Positions 58,301 through 64,000 of a stretch of DNA of 64,000 bases are shown here, piece after piece. The stretch is from assembly GCA_963631155.1 (NCBI GenBank), contig CAVGPK010000004.1, positions 1,836 through 65,835 of the forward strand, in the 5' to 3' direction. The number at the start of each line of letters is the position of its first letter. The stretch's first letter is position 1. The DNA comes from a bacterium. Its GTDB lineage: Bacteria; Bacillota_I; Bacilli_A; Erysipelotrichales; Erysipelotrichaceae. Under the pieces are notes generated by a model that was not told the origin of the DNA, made no database searches, and worked only from the letters and a program-made list of their open reading frames with translations. Position numbers and translations under genes: made by a program.

Positions 58301-59566
58301 CTATCCTTTCCAAACTGTTTTTCCATCCACAAGCGTTTCTTTAACTTGTGCATGTACACTCCAACCATTAAATGGTGTATTTTTCCCCATCGATTCAAAA
58401 GTATCGATATCTACTAATGACTCGTTTTCTAAATCGACTAAGAATAAATCTGCCTTATACCCTTCTTTAATTTGACCTACATTTTCAAGTCCAAATCGTT
58501 TGGCGGGTGCTAAAGACATCCAATTTACAAGTTGGGCCAATGTCCAACGTTTTTGACGATATACAAATTCTGTATACAATAAGCTAAATGCACTTTCTAA
58601 TGAAACAATTCCAAATGGCGCTTTATCCATTGGCTTTTTCTTTTCCTTAGATGTATGTGGAGCATGATCATTGGCAATAAAATCCAAGCTTCCATTTTCT
58701 AAGCCTTCAATTAATGACATACGATCTTCATGACTTCTTAATGGTGGATTCATTTTCCAATTTGGCCCTTGAACATCTTTATCCTCTAGCAACAAGTGAT
58801 GTACTGTTACTTCTGCAGATACATTGGCACCCTTTTGTTTAGCTTCCTTTAAAGCTTCTACACTCTCTTTTGCGCTAATATGACACGCATGGTAAGCATT
58901 TCCAATTTCTTCTGTGAGTTTTAAATCACGAATCAATTGAGCACTTTCGCAAGCACTTGGTATACCTAACCAGCCCTTTGATTTTGTGATTTCACTTTCG
59001 TGAACGCTAGCTCCAGGTTTTCGATATGACATATCTTCTGTATGAGCTACAATCATGCAGTTGTTTTCTTTGGCTTTTTTCATAGCTTCACTCATAATTT
59101 CAGCTGTTGACACACCAACACCATCATCACTAAACCAATGAACGCCAAGTTCTTTAATGGCCTTCATATCGACCACTTCTTTACTGGCTTCTTCGCAAGT
59201 AATACAAGCGTATGGATATGTATGTATTACAGATTCTTTTTCAATTAATTTTTTATATTCCATTATAGTTTCTACATCATCTGGAAAAGGGATGACGTTT
59301 GGCATTGCGAATACACTAGTAAATCCACCATGAGCAGCGGCCTTACTTCCTGTATGAATGGTTTCTTTTTCTGTGTGTCCTGGTTCTCTAAAGTGAACAT
59401 GAACATCGACAAGTCCTGGTAAAACGGTTAGTCCTGATGCATCTAAGACTTCACAATCCGCATCAATATGATCTTCAATTTTTACAATTTTACTATCTTC
59501 GATTAAAATATCTTTTTTTTCTAATGTATCATTAATGAGTACATTTCCATTTTTAATTAGGCGCAT
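58301..59566 (-). CDS. pyrC: Dihydroorotase
   Basis: DVHVHFREPG, KMNPPLR, DHAPH, KNTPF. Confidence 0.97.
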   Translation of the reverse strand: MRLIKNGNVLINDTLEKKDILIEDSKIVKIEDHIDADCEVLDASGLTVLPGLVDVHVHFREPGHTEKETIHTGSKAAAHGGFTSVFAMPNVIPFPDDVETIMEYKKLIEKESVIHTYPYACITCEEASKEVVDMKAIKELGVHWFSDDGVGVSTAEIMSEAMKKAKENNCMIVAHTEDMSYRKPGASVHESEITKSKGWLGIPSACESAQLIRDLKLTEEIGNAYHACHISAKESVEALKEAKQKGANVSAEVTVHHLLLEDKDVQGPNWKMNPPLRSHEDRMSLIEGLENGSLDFIANDHAPHTSKEKKKPMDKAPFGIVSLESAFSLLYTEFVYRQKRWTLAQLVNWMSLAPAKRFGLENVGQIKEGYKADLFLVDLENESLVDIDTFESMGKNTPFNGWSVHAQVKETLVDGKTVWKG

Positions 59567-59567
59567 A

Positions 59568-60467
59568 CTAATCCTCCTTGAATGGAGCTAGGCCAAAGCC
59601 TCTTTTAATGATGGCTTTTCGCACAAGCATTCCATTGTGCATTTGTTCAAAGATTCTAGATTTTTCTGCTTCCACTAAATCCGAATCAATTTCAATTCCA
59701 CGATTTACAGGTGCTGGGTGCATGACAATCGCATGATCTTGCATGCGTGCATATCTTTCTTTTGTCAAACCATAAGTTTGTAGGTATTCTTCTTTGGTCA
59801 TACCTGCCATACCAGCTCCTCTTTCAAGTTGAATGCGAAGCATCATAACGGCATCCGCCCATTCGATGGCTTTATCAAAATCCATGGTTGGATAGCCTTC
59901 TCTTTCCCATTCTTTTGGTCCTGCAAAAACAACTTGTGAACCTAATCGTTCAAGGGTTTCTTTATTACTGGCAGCAACTCTTGAATGTAGAATATCTCCG
60001 CAGATTACGACCTTTAACCCAGATAAGGTGTGGAATTCATTTTGTAGGGTTAGTAAATCCAACAAACATTGACTTGGATGATTTCCGGCTCCATCTCCGG
60101 CATTAATAATAGGTATATTGATATTTTCCAATTCTTTAAAATATTCATCTTGTGGATGGCGAATGACAACTAAGTCATAGCCAATAGATTCAAATGTTTT
60201 TACCGTATCATAGAGGGTTTCTCCCTTTGTGACGCTTGAGGCTGATGCAGCAAAATCAGCAATTTGACAGCCTAATTGATGTTGTGCACTTTCAAATGAA
60301 AAATGTGTTCGTGTTGAAGCTTCAAAAAAAAGATTAGCAACCAATGCTTTTTGCATTGGCAATTGCCAATCTTTACGAGAACTATTAAAAAGTTTAGCAT
60401 CATTTAAAATACTAAAAATATCATCAACTGACAGATCTTTCATGGATAATAACGAATTTTTGTTCAT
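59568..60467 (-). CDS. pyrB: Aspartate carbamoyltransferase
   Basis: FFEASTRT, KGETL.DT, HPSQ.LLD, HPAPVNRG; GGAGG RBS favours ATG 60467. Confidence 0.97.
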   Translation of the reverse strand: MNKNSLLSMKDLSVDDIFSILNDAKLFNSSRKDWQLPMQKALVANLFFEASTRTHFSFESAQHQLGCQIADFAASASSVTKGETLYDTVKTFESIGYDLVVIRHPQDEYFKELENINIPIINAGDGAGNHPSQCLLDLLTLQNEFHTLSGLKVVICGDILHSRVAASNKETLERLGSQVVFAGPKEWEREGYPTMDFDKAIEWADAVMMLRIQLERGAGMAGMTKEEYLQTYGLTKERYARMQDHAIVMHPAPVNRGIEIDSDLVEAEKSRIFEQMHNGMLVRKAIIKRGFGLAPFKED

Positions 60468-60568
60468 ATACATCCTCCTTCTGACCTTAAAAAAATGGAT
60501 TCAAAAAGTCCCTTTTTAAATCCAATTTTCTCTTTCATATATACTATCATAAATCGAGATTTTTTCAA
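60464..60568 (-). promoter_or_regulatory. pyr leader: promoter, 24-aa leader ORF and terminator hairpin (candidate attenuator)
   Basis: Hairpin TGGATTTAAAAAG-GGA-CTTTTTGAATCCA plus T7 (60489-60524); uORF 60538-60464; -10-like hexamers at 60541-60551. Confidence 0.55.
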
Positions 60569-62433
60569 CAAGATTTACGATATTTCTTCACCTGTGTAGC
60601 AATCACTTTCATTGCGACATTTTCATCAAAAGGTTTGGTGATATAATCATTCATTCCAACTTCTCTTGCCTTCAATTTATCTTCCGCAAACGAATTGGCA
60701 CTCATCGCAATAATTGGAATGGAAGAATTTTCTAAACGAATTTGTTTTGTGGCTTCATATCCATCTAGAATTGGCATCATGATATCCATTAAAACGACAT
60801 CAAACGCATCCTTATTTTTCTTAAACAAATCCACTGCTTCTTGCCCATTCCATGCACAAGTCACTTGCGCCCCACGTTTTTCCAATAGAAATTGGGCAAT
60901 TTCCATATTTAATTCATTATCTTCAACAAGCAGAATACGGGCATTGGAAATCGACTTCTCTTCCTTTTGTTCATCCGCTTGACTTTTTTCTCGTTTAAAA
61001 TCAATCTCAAATGGAAGCAAGACAGTAAAACAAGAGCCTTCTCCTTTTTTACTTTCAACAGAAATGCTTCCACCCATTTTATCAACGATTCCTTTGACAA
61101 TGGACATGCCAAGCCCTGTTCCTGTATAGCTTGATCTAGCACTTTGGTTTTCCTGACTAAATGGCTCGAATAACCGTTTTAAAAACTCTTCACTCATACC
61201 AATGCCCGTATCTTTACATGTGAATTCAAACCATACACGATTGGCTTCCATTTCTTTCTCTTTACAAGAAACATATATTTTCCCATTGTCTTTATTGTAT
61301 TTAATCGCATTACTTAAAATATTCATGACAATTCTTTTTAAATGAATCGGACTACCAATCAATTTTTTATGTTCAACATGGCTAACTTGTTCAACGATTT
61401 CTACCCCTTTATCTTCAGCCTGCTTATCTATAGAATTATAAGCATCTCGTACAACAACACCCAAATCAAATGGGATTTGTTCTAGGACAATTTCCCCCGA
61501 TTCTAGCTTACTTCGATCCAATACATCATTAACCAATTCTAAAAGGATTTGAGAAGCACTACGAATTTTATTTCGACACTCTTTTTGTTTATCTAAATCA
61601 TTTGGAAAATGTTCCGCAATATCAAGCATGCCCACAATTCCATTTAGAGGAGTACGAATATCATGTGACATATTCAACAAGAAAGTCGTCTTCGCCTCAT
61701 TAGCTACTTCTGCTTCCTTCTTTGTTTTTTCTAATTCGGTCAATGCATTTTTTAAAGCTTCATTTTCTTGCAGAACAAAAATAGTTTCTTGCAGCTTTTT
61801 GACATTAATCGCGAATAAACTAAAGACCATTCCATACACAATGGAAAGTCTTCCCAACCATTCAATATCATACACCGTGGATAGAATAGTACTTGATATG
61901 ATAAAGAAAGCAATCAGCAACAAAATGGTTGTATTCATTTTTTCATTTTCTTCTCGTTTTAATATAACGTAATATCCAAACAACAATACATACCCAATCA
62001 CTATGATTATAAAAATAAATCCTAGAGGTCCTCTGATAAAGATGTTGTCAGAGGTAAAGCTATAGACGATATCTGTAAAGAATGGAGAAATGCCACAAAG
62101 AGCACATACAACAACAGGTAAAGTCAGTATCGCAACCGCCTTTTTATTCTTTTCATGAGGCCAAACCAAACGAATGAAAAAGTACACCAACGCTGCTCTT
62201 AAAGTATAGGCAACGCCCGAAAGAAGGATACGGCTAACACTGGGTTCACTCCATGTCCTCGTGATTTTTTCTATATCAAAGGCAAGCATTTCTGCTATTT
62301 CACAATAGAAAATGGTCATAAATTTATGTATATCTTCTTTTTCTAATAATTTTTCTTTGTTGATGATAAGCCAAATAAAGATAAGCCCAATAATTTCTGG
62401 AAAATTATTACTTAAAAATCCTTCAAATGACAT
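60565..62433 (-). CDS. Hybrid sensor histidine kinase / response regulator
   Basis: Multi-TM N-terminus, MSHDIRTPLN, NAIKY, DTGIG, GTGLG, receiver VEDN...MD..MP...KP. Confidence 0.95.
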   Translation of the reverse strand: MSFEGFLSNNFPEIIGLIFIWLIINKEKLLEKEDIHKFMTIFYCEIAEMLAFDIEKITRTWSEPSVSRILLSGVAYTLRAALVYFFIRLVWPHEKNKKAVAILTLPVVVCALCGISPFFTDIVYSFTSDNIFIRGPLGFIFIIIVIGYVLLFGYYVILKREENEKMNTTILLLIAFFIISSTILSTVYDIEWLGRLSIVYGMVFSLFAINVKKLQETIFVLQENEALKNALTELEKTKKEAEVANEAKTTFLLNMSHDIRTPLNGIVGMLDIAEHFPNDLDKQKECRNKIRSASQILLELVNDVLDRSKLESGEIVLEQIPFDLGVVVRDAYNSIDKQAEDKGVEIVEQVSHVEHKKLIGSPIHLKRIVMNILSNAIKYNKDNGKIYVSCKEKEMEANRVWFEFTCKDTGIGMSEEFLKRLFEPFSQENQSARSSYTGTGLGMSIVKGIVDKMGGSISVESKKGEGSCFTVLLPFEIDFKREKSQADEQKEEKSISNARILLVEDNELNMEIAQFLLEKRGAQVTCAWNGQEAVDLFKKNKDAFDVVLMDIMMPILDGYEATKQIRLENSSIPIIAMSANSFAEDKLKAREVGMNDYITKPFDENVAMKVIATQVKKYRKSC

Positions 62434-62450
62434 AAATGCCTCCTTTTACT

Positions 62451-63056
62451 TTATGCTTGCGCTTGTTGTCCACCACGAATACTTTTGATAATTTCTGTTA
62501 AATCACTTTCATTAATATAGCCATCATAAAAATCATTTAACGCCACTAACATGCCTTTATTTTCTGGCAGCAATTGTTCAAACACAAGTTTCATGTTTTC
62601 ATCTTCTTTTTGATTTCCCGCAAATTTAACGGTCGCATTAATTACAGAACCATAAATCACATTCACTAAAATTAAGAAATACTTATTATTTACTCCTGCA
62701 TTTCGTGTGTCAATAATGGTATGTTCAGCAACTAAAGCTGTCCCTTGATATTGGGCTAATAAAGGAAATTCCAAATAGATTCCTTTAACCTCTTTATAAG
62801 TCATCACTTTAATAACATATCGAAATATAAATTGAGATAATTGATCTAAATCATCATTCAATCGACTGTAATTCATATCAAATAATTGACAAATAATTTT
62901 AGCGACACATTCTAAATTCGTTCGACATACGACCTCTGTTTTTCCTTCATACGTCGTACTTATTTCGAATAAATCATCCTTTTCTACACAATCTATAAAA
63001 TCACTGTTTTTAATCCCAAACATAATCATCCTCGTTTCTATTTCTTTGAAGAACAT
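62451..63056 (-). CDS. Hypothetical protein
   Basis: About 200-aa ORF with AGGTGG RBS. Confidence 0.7.
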   Translation of the reverse strand: MFFKEIETRMIMFGIKNSDFIDCVEKDDLFEISTTYEGKTEVVCRTNLECVAKIICQLFDMNYSRLNDDLDQLSQFIFRYVIKVMTYKEVKGIYLEFPLLAQYQGTALVAEHTIIDTRNAGVNNKYFLILVNVIYGSVINATVKFAGNQKEDENMKLVFEQLLPENKGMLVALNDFYDGYINESDLTEIIKSIRGGQQAQA

Positions 63057-63211
63057 TATACCACCTGTAAGCCTTTTCAAAAAAGTGCTTGATTTTTTAA
63101 ATTAGGTGTGTCAGATTTTAAAATGATTATGACCCCATTTTAGAAATAAATGCACCGAGCTATTAAATTAACTCGGCGCTAATAATTTTAATTTTTGGAT
63201 TTTTTTCAATT

Positions 63212-64000
63212 TTAGTTGTAAATGTCACGCAAATAGATCATCTTAAATTTCTTATATTCTTCTCGATTCATATGATCTGTAAACACAATCGTTTTCTTAG
63301 ATTGTTTTAAGTGTTCAAAAATAATCCTTCTTAGATTTTCATCCACATTCATGAAATTATTATCAATTAAAATCGTATCCGCATTCGTTAATAACGTTCT
63401 TGCCAAGGCTATTCTAAATTGCTGGCCTCCGGATAAATTTTCATTTCCTACATGATCATTTGGAATATCGTTTAAAAATGCATTTGTATAATTTTGAGGT
63501 TGATCCAAATATATATTTTCATCTTTTGAAACATTCATCAAATGGAAATTTTCCGGTAAAAGAACAGTATTTGGAATTGTTTTATATAAATAAGAAAGAC
63601 ACATACTTTTTCCAGATCCATTCTTTCCAATCAATATATTAATTGTATTTTTCTCAATTTTCGATTCAATTCCTTCAAATATTTTTTCTGGATGTATCCT
63701 ATTTTTAATTTTATTATTAAAATCTTTTACATATGTTTTTGTGCTTTGTAGCGAAACAACAAGCGTACTGATATAGGTTGTTAGACTCGATAAATCAAAT
63801 GAGTATGTGATAAAGAGTACGTAGCTTCCTGCTGAAAGAGTTTTATAGTGAATCAACCAAAATAGAATCACAATCAGATTACAGTCAGTTACCATACTTG
63901 AAAAGGTTGTAAACATTCCTTTAAATATAGAGTATTTACGACCTACTTGTTTTTGATGATCTACTATATCATTAAGCCGACTAGTATACATTTCTTCGCA
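63212..64000 (-). CDS. ABC exporter permease/ATPase, 5' end outside the window; short, degenerate ATPase domain
   Basis: TM helices, then GKNGSGKS, LSGGQQFR, ILIDNN; frame open to the window edge. Confidence 0.75.
   Translation of the reverse strand, partial: CEEMYTSRLNDIVDHQKQVGRKYSIFKGMFTTFSSMVTDCNLIVILFWLIHYKTLSAGSYVLFITYSFDLSSLTTYISTLVVSLQSTKTYVKDFNNKIKNRIHPEKIFEGIESKIEKNTINILIGKNGSGKSMCLSYLYKTIPNTVLLPENFHLMNVSKDENIYLDQPQNYTNAFLNDIPNDHVGNENLSGGQQFRIALARTLLTNADTILIDNNFMNVDENLRRIIFEHLKQSKKTIVFTDHMNREEYKKFKMIYLRDIYN

Overview
AT-rich Firmicute chromosomal window; gene content suggests a gut Erysipelotrichaceae-like organism (inference). In order it holds: a truncated large membrane protein; a mannose/GalNAc-family PTS with its own LevR-like activator, divergent rpoN and a sigma-54 promoter; an S10 peptidase, bile salt hydrolase and cell-wall enzymes; a 13-gene molybdenum-cofactor/selenium operon (moaA-moaC-MOSC/mog-modBCA-moeA-like-modE-DUF3343-selD-yedF-yqeB-desulfurase-yqeC/xdhC); a radical SAM protein; an orphan wzz/phosphatase/BY-kinase trio; a polar amino-acid ABC transporter with a MerR-type promoter; a preQ1-riboswitch-led queuosine-precursor transporter; an F1Fo ATPase operon with a delta-alpha fusion and a structured leader; an accessory hotspot between atpC and pyrF; the pyr/car operon; and a hybrid kinase. 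The hotspot contains an AAA/DUF4143 gene preceded by 33-bp-phased repeats, a decayed BlaI/M56/peptide module, and a beta-glucoside cassette flanked by a duplicated pyrF 3' end. No rRNA, tRNA, CRISPR array, transposase or integrase was recognised. All calls come from reading the sequence; no searches were run.
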